Positions 55,958-64,000 of a DNA stretch of 64,000 nucleotides are shown here, in pieces. This stretch comes from Chthoniobacteraceae bacterium. Lineage in GTDB: Bacteria > Verrucomicrobiota > Verrucomicrobiia > Chthoniobacterales > Chthoniobacteraceae. The notes beneath the pieces were generated by a model that had not been told where the DNA came from, did not search any database, and saw nothing but the letters and a program-made list of their open reading frames with translations. The stretch lies in assembly GCA_031409335.1 (NCBI GenBank), contig JANNWY010000293.1, positions 20,943 to 84,942 of the forward strand, written 5' to 3'. The translations under genes and the position numbers were made by a program. Position 1 is the stretch's first letter; each line of letters opens with the position of its first letter.

Positions 55958-57070
55958 ATGCCGAGTTTTTCTGACCGGTGGGGTCTGCCCTCATGCCGGG
56001 AAGAAACTAACATTGTTCGTCGTTGCCGTGGTCGTCGCCGCGGCCACGTTGCAACGTGCCGTGCTCGCTTGAAAGGATGGATCAAGAACGTCGCTGCGCG
56101 CTCCCCTATCTGGGGTGACATAGACCTCGCTGCTTTTTGTCGAAAGACAGGATATAGCCGCGAGCACACCACACGAGAGTTATCGAAACTTCGGCGGGAT
56201 GGAGGGTTGGCTTTCGAGACGAAGATACGAAGTAAAGGGCGCGGCAGGGTAAAGAAATGGGGCGTGATCGTGGCCGACCCCTCGAAGCTCTGCTTCGACA
56301 AACACTCCCTATTCTACGACCGAAGCAGAAAACCACTTCATAATTACACAACGCTTGGCCACGGAGGAGAAAAGATCTCGCCGACGATCATCATGGCCCC
56401 GCAGAAGCGACCGCGCGGTCGCCCAAGAAAGACAACGGCGAAAGCGTCCGCCAGTCCGAGTAAGCAAGCTCCCACTCAAAAACAATGTGAGTCGTCGCAG
56501 CGGCAAAAACCCTCTCCCTCGAAACCCATCGAAAATCACCAAGTCTGTGACAATGCTAATACTGGAGAGGATTCCTACGGAATACAGCAGTCAGATTTAT
56601 ACGGCGCGGGGCGCATTGTTGCGCAGTGGCGCGATTGGAAAGAAGACCCTCCGGGGCGCAAAAGTGCTCCGGCATTGCGAAAAAGGGCGTTCGCGATGCT
56701 GAAACCGCTCTGCGACTGCCATTGGGACAACTGCAAAGTCACCTTTGCCCGCCGAACTGCGTTTCAGTATGCCCTGCATTCGCTGAGCGATGGGCATCGA
56801 GCGGAGCGCATCGTATCCTGCTATGCCGATGCACTCTACGTCACTCACGGATTTGCCGTGGACCAAGCCGCTAGCACGGGGATAATCACCTTCTTCAACC
56901 TTTCATCGACTGCCGCAAAAGCGCGGAAACTTCTTGCCCGCGACGGCATGACGCGGAGCGAGCGTGTTAGAAATTGGTATAATGAAAATCGACCGGCATA
57001 TACCTTGCCCATCGACCAGGAGGAGCTGGCGCGCGTCCACGCACAAGTTCTCGCGACTTTTCCGCGGTAG
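55958..57070 (+). CDS. Hypothetical wHTH + AT-hook protein, candidate replication initiator
   Basis: DLAAFCRKTGYSREHTTRELSKL HTH-like segment, KRPRGRPRK AT-hook; position within the element. Confidence 0.55.
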   Translation: MPSFSDRWGLPSCREETNIVRRCRGRRRGHVATCRARLKGWIKNVAARSPIWGDIDLAAFCRKTGYSREHTTRELSKLRRDGGLAFETKIRSKGRGRVKKWGVIVADPSKLCFDKHSLFYDRSRKPLHNYTTLGHGGEKISPTIIMAPQKRPRGRPRKTTAKASASPSKQAPTQKQCESSQRQKPSPSKPIENHQVCDNANTGEDSYGIQQSDLYGAGRIVAQWRDWKEDPPGRKSAPALRKRAFAMLKPLCDCHWDNCKVTFARRTAFQYALHSLSDGHRAERIVSCYADALYVTHGFAVDQAASTGIITFFNLSSTAAKARKLLARDGMTRSERVRNWYNENRPAYTLPIDQEELARVHAQVLATFPR

Positions 57071-57078
57071 TTGAATTT

Positions 57079-57483
57079 CTATCGACTACCCTGCTCTGTT
57101 TCCGAAAGTTCTTTTTCCTCCACCGCTGCAACTTGAATCGACAAGATGACAGCAGTGTTCGGTTCGGCCAGAGCGGCATATTTCGGGGCGATTTCTTTGA
57201 GCGATTCGACCGCGAGCTTTTGCATCGCCAGCGCGACCTCGCGCAGATGCTTTCCCCGAACTGTTATCCTGTGCGTGGTAAAGTGTAGCTCAAGAAAGTC
57301 ACTGCCCTCGCAATGCGAGAATTCGGCAGAGAGAAAATGAGAAACGGGGAAGACAAAGAAGTTGCCGCTGTTTAGTTCGACGCGGATCGCTTGCGTTTGC
57401 GGGTCTTCGTTCCAACAAACGATGCTGCGCTTGGTCGTGGCAGGCTCAGCCGCTTTGCTCTCTGTTTGGGCGGTTCGGATCAT
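57079..57483 (-). CDS. Hypothetical protein coupled to the relaxase
   Basis: 134-aa ORF whose ATG overlaps the relaxase stop (ATGA). Confidence 0.7.
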   Translation of the reverse strand: MIRTAQTESKAAEPATTKRSIVCWNEDPQTQAIRVELNSGNFFVFPVSHFLSAEFSHCEGSDFLELHFTTHRITVRGKHLREVALAMQKLAVESLKEIAPKYAALAEPNTAVILSIQVAAVEEKELSETEQGSR

Positions 57484-60287
57484 GGAATCAAAACCTCCCG
57501 GCGGAATACGTTCGCTTTCACCCGTGACGCTAGCACGGCGACGCGGCAGCAGATTGTGGCAGCGAGTTGACGCCCGCGTGTCAGGCCGGTTGTCAGACCG
57601 CGACGCAAGCTCCGACGCTTTGGCTGACGCGGTATTGTCAGATCGAGCGCCAGTTCGCGGTCGCCGGAGCGCGCGATGTTCTCGCGCAACAGCTCCTTGT
57701 CGGCAGTGAAAATTCTGACGCCTTTGCGTCCCCGTGAAATGGTCACATACCATTGCTGCCGACTCGTAGCGGCCTGCACCGCCGAGTCGGAGAACAGCAC
57801 GTAATCGACGGTCTTGCCCTGCGAAGCATAGGACGTGACGGCATAGCCGCGCACAAACTGCCGGTAGTCACGTTCCAGCACGCGGCCATCGTGTAATACG
57901 ATACGACCGTCGCTCTCGATCCGCGCGATGGTGACGAGTTCGCCGTTCGCCAAGGCCCGACCATTCTTCGTCTTCGCGTTTGCCTTGAGCTGCAATCGGT
58001 CCCCGATTGAGAACGAGGTTTCCCGCTCCCGGCAAACCGTGACCCGAGCTAGCTGGGCAAACTTGATTTCACGAATCTTGTCACCCGCCTCGACTATGAT
58101 CGCGTCGCCGCTCATCGCGAGCAGACGCCCGCGCTGGCCTTTTCGGAAGCCGCTCGTGTCGCGGTTGAAAACAATCGCGCTGTCTGCCTCGTAGGAACGC
58201 GCGTCGCGCTTTTGCGCGTCCGTCAGATCGACGGCTTCGAGCGTAGAGACTGTATGCTCCTCAGCGCCGATCAACCCCGCCCGCTTGAGCGCATCGCGCA
58301 CGCTTTCATTCACCTTGCGAATCTCCGACCACGTTTGCGCGACCACGACGGTGGATTCGCCCTTCCGGGCGAGTTCCAGGTAATGACCGGCGAGCCGTTT
58401 TTGCTGCTCCCCTCCTCCACATTCGACTACCGCACCATGTCGTTCCAGCCGGTCAAAGGACTCCGCAGCCAGGCCCGCTGAGGCTTCCTGCACCGCTTGC
58501 TTATACTCCTCGATAAAACTGCGCTCCTGATTCGTCTTTGCCCGAGCGGGATTTTGCCGGCGGATTGAGGTCAACTCCGCGGCTTTCAATCCCGAATACT
58601 TCTCAATGGCCCGCAACGCATCCGACGCCCCCACCGCGCCGTGCTGGCGCGTGTCGCCGGCACAGATGATGCGCCCGCCATTCGCCTTCACGTAATCGAG
58701 CAATGCCTGCATTTGCTTGGCACCGAGCTGGCCCGTTTCATCGACGATTACGACGCCGCCGTGGTTCATGGATTTCCGAGCAAGGAATTCGCTGACCGTT
58801 TGTGCGGCAGCGAATCCTACTGCTTCCAAATCAATCACCTGCTGCCTTTGCGGAGCGATGACGTGAACCGCGTGGCCGGCGCCTGCAAGTCCACGCAGCA
58901 CTTCGAGCAAAGCGAAGCTCTTGCCGGTGCCTGCCGCACCACGAAACAGCGTCAGAAAATCCGCCGAGCGCAAAATCTGTTCGACTGCATGGCGCTGTTC
59001 ATCATCCAGCGAATCCGACGCGCCATGCTTCGCATTGAACGGCTGATGCTGCCCTACCCCATCCTTCGCGATTTGCAGAATATCCCATTCGCGACCGAGC
59101 ACTTCGCGCGTCGTCAATCTCCGAGGCTTGGTTTCATCCCGCAGGTAACCGCGCTTCGCTGTCATTGCCTTGAGCGCCGCGACTTCTATTTCACTCCCGC
59201 GTGCGAATTCAAGCGCGTGCCGCCAAAGCTCGTGCTCACTCACCACGGAGCGGCGGTCGAATAGATGATCCTCCGCCCATCTCAGCGCCGCCTCCACACC
59301 GGACGGCCAAACCTTGGCACGACGCGCATTCCCAACGCAAAGCCCTGCGAGTTCCGCGCGCTCGTCTTTCGTCATTTGCTGGCTCCATAGATTCATCAGT
59401 TTCTCCCGCCCTACGCTCTTGATCTTCCGTGAACGCTCGTTGTGAGCGACGTGCTCGCGAATGTCGGCGAGATTTCCCGAAGCCTTTCCCGGCTGGCTCG
59501 CAAGGAGAATGCGCGTCTGCTCGTCAATCTCAGCGTGGCGCTTGGAAAACATGGCGAGCAGTGTGGGCGTGATGCCCTTTAACTCGAAATCGCCGCGCCG
59601 GTGATTTTCAATTTCATACCCGAGGCCGATCAATGAGCGGGCCAGTTCGTGGTAATAGACGTTTTCGACATACTTTTGCGCCCGGAGCATTTCGTAATTT
59701 TGGAGCGCCTTCCACCGGGCTTCGGTGGCGTCGTGGGTCGCGTTGAAAATGATGCAATGGCTGTGTAGATGCGGATCGAGAGCGCGTGAGGTGTCGTGGT
59801 GAAAGCTCGCGCCTACCACATTGCCCGTTTCCCGATCCGACAAGCCTCCGCCACGACGAACCCGAGTCGAAGCGAATGCTTCCAACTCTGCCATCGCGAC
59901 AGAAACCGCCAGGCCATGTGCTTCGATGATTCGTTCATCACCGCCAGCGAGCGCGGCGATGGACACTGACTTGGGCGGAGACAGCGTGAAATCGTAAAAC
60001 ACGCGCCGATTTGCGGCATTTCGTTCATCTCCATTTTCATCCAATTCGCGCCGGAGAGTCTTGCGGCGTTGCGTCAAAGACTCGCCAGTCTGTGGATGAT
60101 GATTTTCACACAACGCGAGGAATTCATCGCGCCCCACATCGCCGCGCAGACCGAGAGCTTCAGCGCCTCTGCCGAACCACTGGCCACGAATCCTCTGCCC
60201 TTCGCTGTAATAGTCTCCGGCACAAAGATGCTCCTCAAAATACTCCCGAGCATTCTTCAAATTGTATTGCGTTTGCGGTGACAGCAT
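57480..60287 (-). CDS. mobF: MOB-F (TrwC/TraI-like) relaxase-helicase
   Basis: EYF..GDYY tyrosines, YDFTLSPPKSVS, HDTSRALDPHLHSH (HUH), GAAGTGKS Walker A, YAVTSYASQGKT, YVTISRGR. Confidence 0.95.
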   Translation of the reverse strand: MLSPQTQYNLKNAREYFEEHLCAGDYYSEGQRIRGQWFGRGAEALGLRGDVGRDEFLALCENHHPQTGESLTQRRKTLRRELDENGDERNAANRRVFYDFTLSPPKSVSIAALAGGDERIIEAHGLAVSVAMAELEAFASTRVRRGGGLSDRETGNVVGASFHHDTSRALDPHLHSHCIIFNATHDATEARWKALQNYEMLRAQKYVENVYYHELARSLIGLGYEIENHRRGDFELKGITPTLLAMFSKRHAEIDEQTRILLASQPGKASGNLADIREHVAHNERSRKIKSVGREKLMNLWSQQMTKDERAELAGLCVGNARRAKVWPSGVEAALRWAEDHLFDRRSVVSEHELWRHALEFARGSEIEVAALKAMTAKRGYLRDETKPRRLTTREVLGREWDILQIAKDGVGQHQPFNAKHGASDSLDDEQRHAVEQILRSADFLTLFRGAAGTGKSFALLEVLRGLAGAGHAVHVIAPQRQQVIDLEAVGFAAAQTVSEFLARKSMNHGGVVIVDETGQLGAKQMQALLDYVKANGGRIICAGDTRQHGAVGASDALRAIEKYSGLKAAELTSIRRQNPARAKTNQERSFIEEYKQAVQEASAGLAAESFDRLERHGAVVECGGGEQQKRLAGHYLELARKGESTVVVAQTWSEIRKVNESVRDALKRAGLIGAEEHTVSTLEAVDLTDAQKRDARSYEADSAIVFNRDTSGFRKGQRGRLLAMSGDAIIVEAGDKIREIKFAQLARVTVCRERETSFSIGDRLQLKANAKTKNGRALANGELVTIARIESDGRIVLHDGRVLERDYRQFVRGYAVTSYASQGKTVDYVLFSDSAVQAATSRQQWYVTISRGRKGVRIFTADKELLRENIARSGDRELALDLTIPRQPKRRSLRRGLTTGLTRGRQLAATICCRVAVLASRVKANVFRREVLIP

Positions 60288-60290
60288 CAA

Positions 60291-60673
60291 CCGCTCACTA
60301 TATTTAAGTCCAAGCTGAAAGTTGCTCCACCGGCGGAGCCGTTTGGAATCTGCATCAAGGCAGGATGTGGAAATGATTTTTAAGAACGGACGCCCTACCC
60401 CTAACGATGGGTTAGGAACTTTTCACGCCATGCAGTCAGAGCCGTGGCAGGCGTGCGCCGCACGATTCGCGCGAGTGTCGGCGCGGGGGCGTCCGACGAA
60501 TAGCAGAGGAGTCTCAGAGGTTTGTAAGATCGTTGAGGCGGCACCTGTCGGGGCATTGACGCAACTTTGCCAGCCGCTCGGCAGTGCAGGGACGCGCAAG
60601 CGGCAGATGCTTGTAAGCGGATTGGAGCAGCGAGTGAAAGGCCGTTGCCGTATCCATGTCAGGAGGTCGTCGG
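60291..60673. other. Probable origin of transfer (oriT) region
   Basis: Non-coding gap between the divergent relaxase and traK-like gene; IRs cctaac/gttagg (60400-60416) and ggacgccc/gggcgtcc (60388-60395/60487-60494). Confidence 0.55.
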
Positions 60674-61066
60674 ATGACTGACCGACCAACGGCGCAGCCA
60701 GCCGAGAAGTCATTCGATGCCGCTGTCAGAGGCTACGAGCGGCGCGCTGGTGGAAAGATTCAGGCGCTCATGGCTCACAAGAAGGGCATCGCCGAACTGC
60801 GTGGCAAACAGGCTTCGTTCCGAACCATCGCCAATCTCTTGAAGCGGGCCGGCGTCGATGTCTCGCACGATACCGTGGCCCGATTCTGCCGCGAAATCCT
60901 TGCGCAGAACCCACGACGAAAGACACAGGCGCGACCGGTAGCCAGTCCAGCAAAGCCCGATGTCGTCCGCATCTTGAAAGCACAACGCGAAGCGGCCGTG
61001 CCGCCACCTGCGGTGCCAGCCGTTCGCTCACGGGGTCCGCGCATCGCAGATCCGAAAAATGTTTAG
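60674..61066 (+). CDS. TraK/StbA-like DNA-binding protein
   Basis: IAELRGKQASFRTIANLLKRAGVDVSHDTVARF HTH-like segment, Pro-rich tail, first gene after the putative oriT. Confidence 0.55.
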   Translation: MTDRPTAQPAEKSFDAAVRGYERRAGGKIQALMAHKKGIAELRGKQASFRTIANLLKRAGVDVSHDTVARFCREILAQNPRRKTQARPVASPAKPDVVRILKAQREAAVPPPAVPAVRSRGPRIADPKNV

Positions 61067-61084
61067 CCCATCAAAACCAAGACT

Positions 61085-61855
61085 ATGAAAAAACAACTCG
61101 TCATCATCCTGAACGGCAAAGGCGGTGTGGGGAAAAGCTTCTTCGCCACAAACCTCGTTCAATACCTCAAAGACCAGCAGATCGAGCATCACGCCATCGA
61201 CACGGACAACGAGAACTCCACGTTGAAGCGATTCCACGGCGAAGCCGAGTTCATCAATATCAACAACGTGCAAGAGATCGACGCCCTCTTTGCCGCACTC
61301 GAAAAAAGCAGCCTTGTCGTTGTGGATTGCCGCGCAGCTTCCACCGACATCTTCCTCGACTACTTTGCCGAAGTCCGCGCGTTCGAGATTCTCGACATGC
61401 TCGACGCGGCGTTGACCATCGTTTCGCCGGTCAACCACGAGGCGGATAGCGTGGAGCAGGTCAAGATCATCGCGGAGGCGCTCGGCGCTAAATGCAGGTA
61501 TCTGATCGTGCGCAATCAGGCGCACAGCGAGCAGTTCAGGATTTACGACAACAGCCAGACGCGGAGCCGTGTCCTCAACGACTTTGCAGGCCGCGAGATC
61601 GTGATGCCGAGGCTCTACGACTGGCTCGTGACCGGCTTGAACGAAACGAACCTGTCCATGACGGCGGCCATCGCGGGAAGTGAATTCAGCCTCGTGGACC
61701 GCCAGCGGTTGAAGAACTGGCAGGCGAACTTTTACGAGCAGCTCGACCTTGCGCGTGACTTGATCCTGCCGAATGCGGAGCAGTCGAAAGGCGGCGGAAA
61801 GACGAAGAAGAAAGCCGCACTCGCAGCGGAAACATCGGGGGCGGTAGTCTCGTGA
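61085..61855 (+). CDS. TraL/StbB-like ParA/MinD-family ATPase
   Basis: NGKGGVGKS deviant Walker A, IDTD..NST, VVVD. Confidence 0.8.
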   Translation: MKKQLVIILNGKGGVGKSFFATNLVQYLKDQQIEHHAIDTDNENSTLKRFHGEAEFININNVQEIDALFAALEKSSLVVVDCRAASTDIFLDYFAEVRAFEILDMLDAALTIVSPVNHEADSVEQVKIIAEALGAKCRYLIVRNQAHSEQFRIYDNSQTRSRVLNDFAGREIVMPRLYDWLVTGLNETNLSMTAAIAGSEFSLVDRQRLKNWQANFYEQLDLARDLILPNAEQSKGGGKTKKKAALAAETSGAVVS

Positions 61856-62214
61856 ACGCCGAGGAGCGCAATCTTGCCCTGCAAAATGCGGTGCTCGAAT
61901 GGCAGAAGAAATACGGCATCCGCGACGGCGACCCGATGCTGGCTTCGCTGGAGTTGTTTCACATTTACCTGCGGACGCACGAGCCGTCGGCGAACGGTTC
62001 GCGACCGCCGACATTTGAGGAGTTTCGCGAATCCATCGAACTCCTCGACCAGCGGACGAAAACATTCGCAAAGCAAGCCACGGAGCTGACTCACGAGTTG
62101 CGGAAACTCCCGGAGACCGCGCGACAGATGCGTTCCGGGCGCTGGCTGATTTTCTTCCTGCTCACGCTCCTCGCGCTCGGAGCAGGTATTGCCATCGGAA
62201 AGTTCGCTCTATGA
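61852..62214 (+). CDS. TraM/StbC-like membrane-anchored protein
   Basis: KYGIRDGDPML motif, coiled coil, C-terminal TM; GTGA overlap. Confidence 0.55.
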   Translation: MNAEERNLALQNAVLEWQKKYGIRDGDPMLASLELFHIYLRTHEPSANGSRPPTFEEFRESIELLDQRTKTFAKQATELTHELRKLPETARQMRSGRWLIFFLLTLLALGAGIAIGKFAL

Positions 62215-63689
62215 GTTTCCTCAACGTGATCCTCGCCGGGCTGTCGGCGGCTGCCGGATATTACGCGCTGCAAATTCTCGACGCACCGAAATCCCTCATC
62301 ATGGCCGGGGCCTTCGGCTCGCTCGCGTGCTACGCACTGACGCTTCCTGCTGGCGCTCTAAAGCGCAAGGTGATCGTGCGGCTTCGCGGGCTTTCGTGGA
62401 CGCGCGAGGACTTCTGCCGCGGCTGGCTTATCGCCGGCGATACCGGCTCCGGCAAGACGCGCTCCGGCATCACGCCTTTGCTCTATCAGGTTTTCAAAAA
62501 CGAGCCGGGATGGGGCGGCGTCTGCATCGACGACAAGGGACTCTATTGGGAAACGCTCTCGGAAATGGCCGCGCACTTCAACCGGCAGAACGATTTGATT
62601 TTGCTCCAAGTAAAACCCGACAACGCGGCCCCAGGCTGGGCACCTCAGCACGCCTACAACCTCACGTCCGACCGGAGCATCCCAGCCAGCACCTATGCCA
62701 AATTCGTCGTCGATACGGCGTCGAGTCTTGGGCAAGCGGGTGACAAGGGCTTCTTCAAGAATCAGGCGCAGACCCACATCGCGAAGGCGCTGGAAACGCT
62801 TTACGAAATCCGCGCCGACGTGACGCTGGAGAATGCTTACAGCCTCTTGCTCGACGAGAAGGACATGAACGAGGCGCTGAATGACTTGCTCGATGGCTAC
62901 GCGACCGAGCGGCGAAACACGCTCTACGATCATTTCAAGAATCGCCTTCTCAACCAGCCGGCGGAGCAGATCGGCGGAGTCAAGGAAACCATCGCGAACT
63001 ACCTCCAGCATTTCCTGTCGCCGGAAATCACCCAGGTCTTTTGTCCTTCGGTGAACACCTTCGACTTCGGCGAGATCGACCGGGGCAAAATCATTTGCGT
63101 GGCCATGCCGCAGAAGTTTCAGACCGAGCGGCGCTACGTGAACACGTTTTTGAAGATGCTTTTCTACACGCACGTTCTGCGGCGCTTCGACAAACCGAAG
63201 GAGCAGCGGCGCGACGACAATCTGCTCATTCTGTGGGCCGACGAGGCGCAGCGGTTTATGACCGCGAGCGAGGACGGGATGAGCGACTACAATTCCGTGG
63301 ACGTGATTCGCGAGGCGCAGGGAACCGTCGTCGCCGCTGCGCAGTCCTCCACGTCGTTTGTTCCGCCTCTCGGCAGAGAAAAGGCGAAGGTGCTGACGCT
63401 CAATCTCCGCAACCGTATGATCTTCAAAGCGGCCGACGAGGAAGGCGCGGTCGAGAGCGCCGACTTCTTGGGCAAGAAGAAGTTCATCAAACGGACGTGG
63501 GGTTTCTCGTATGGCCGGACAACGAGCAATTACAGCGAGCAGGAGGACCACAAGATCAAGCCCTATGTCCTTCGCAGTCTGCCGAAGCACACTTGCGTTT
63601 TGGTTCACGCCGAACGCGGTTTCAAACGCGCTCAACTTCCTCCCATCGAACCAAACGGAAGAATCTGCTCATGGTTCGGAAAGGGATAA
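62211..63689 (+). CDS. Type IV coupling protein (TraD/VirD4-like)
   Basis: Two N-terminal TMs, GDTGSGKT Walker A, WADEAQRF Walker B, AAQS. Confidence 0.88.
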   Translation: MSFLNVILAGLSAAAGYYALQILDAPKSLIMAGAFGSLACYALTLPAGALKRKVIVRLRGLSWTREDFCRGWLIAGDTGSGKTRSGITPLLYQVFKNEPGWGGVCIDDKGLYWETLSEMAAHFNRQNDLILLQVKPDNAAPGWAPQHAYNLTSDRSIPASTYAKFVVDTASSLGQAGDKGFFKNQAQTHIAKALETLYEIRADVTLENAYSLLLDEKDMNEALNDLLDGYATERRNTLYDHFKNRLLNQPAEQIGGVKETIANYLQHFLSPEITQVFCPSVNTFDFGEIDRGKIICVAMPQKFQTERRYVNTFLKMLFYTHVLRRFDKPKEQRRDDNLLILWADEAQRFMTASEDGMSDYNSVDVIREAQGTVVAAAQSSTSFVPPLGREKAKVLTLNLRNRMIFKAADEEGAVESADFLGKKKFIKRTWGFSYGRTTSNYSEQEDHKIKPYVLRSLPKHTCVLVHAERGFKRAQLPPIEPNGRICSWFGKG

Positions 63690-63694
63690 TCGCG

Positions 63695-64000
63695 ATGCCC
63701 GGACCAACCATTCACTTTCCCACTGAGGAAGAGGAGCAAGCCGCGCTCAATGAGTTTGTGCGTGAAATGAGGCGCGCTGAAGAACGAAAGAAATCTATTC
63801 CACCAGACAGGCTCGATGAGGCGCTGGAGACGATCACCGACTATCTCAAGACCGGTTGGAGCACGGGAGGCGGGCGGCGGCTTCGCCAATTCGTGTGGTC
63901 ACTTTGGAACGGCTTCCATCTCATCAATCTCTACGATCTAAGCTCCGGCCTCGATGGCAGGCTCACCGATGCGGTGATTGTCGTTTTCAACGCGGCGATG
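63695..64000 (+). CDS. Hypothetical protein (partial, runs off right edge)
   Basis: Manual translation MPGPTIHFPTEEEEQAAL...TGGGRRLRQFVWSLWNG...LSSGLD; open to the window end. Confidence 0.7.
   Translation, partial: MPGPTIHFPTEEEEQAALNEFVREMRRAEERKKSIPPDRLDEALETITDYLKTGWSTGGGRRLRQFVWSLWNGFHLINLYDLSSGLDGRLTDAVIVVFNAAM

Larger units (their letters stand above)
53526..64000. mobile_element. Integrative mobilizable/conjugative element inserted at ssrA (left part only)
   Basis: Integrase directly after tmRNA, excisionase, MOB-F relaxase, coupling protein; visibly more AT-rich than the flanking host genes. Confidence 0.9.

Noticed and set aside
61085..61855. ParABS partition system
   Set aside because: No ParB; sequence and neighbours fit TraL/StbB better
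53526..64000. Prophage
   Set aside because: No capsid, terminase or tail genes; relaxase and coupling protein indicate conjugative mobilisation

Overview
GC-rich bacterial chromosome segment, most consistent with Verrucomicrobiota (Chthoniobacter/Spartobacteria-like). This assignment is inferred from gene content, not from a database search. From left to right it holds: a surface-glycan modification cluster (two paralogous membrane proteins, three methyltransferase/GT2 genes); a CHASE2 adenylate cyclase-FecR-outer-membrane barrel trio; a TPR/nth operon; a ~2,000-aa CotH-kinase surface gene split by a 1-nt frameshift; a Kelch/Ig/FN3 protein; a His/Cys-rich Pro-Pro leader-like ORF plus terminator hairpin in front of a nonaheme cytochrome c and a heavy-metal-type two-component system; a secreted metallophosphoesterase; an operon of three RoxA/MauG-like diheme cytochromes with two copies of a small WxGKVF domain; housekeeping genes (acpS, pdxJ, cvfB-like, purH, sodA); and tmRNA (tag ANDYEDLALAA). 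From the 3' end of ssrA to the window edge lies an integrative mobilizable/conjugative element: tyrosine integrase, excisionase, XRE regulator, a wHTH/AT-hook Rep-like gene with an antisense-RNA-like leader, a MOB-F relaxase, a probable oriT, a traKLM/stbABC-like operon and a coupling protein. Two REPIN-like palindromic elements, a perfect 32-bp palindrome and several gene remnants are also present. No CRISPR array, rRNA or tRNA was seen. All family calls come from reading motifs by eye.
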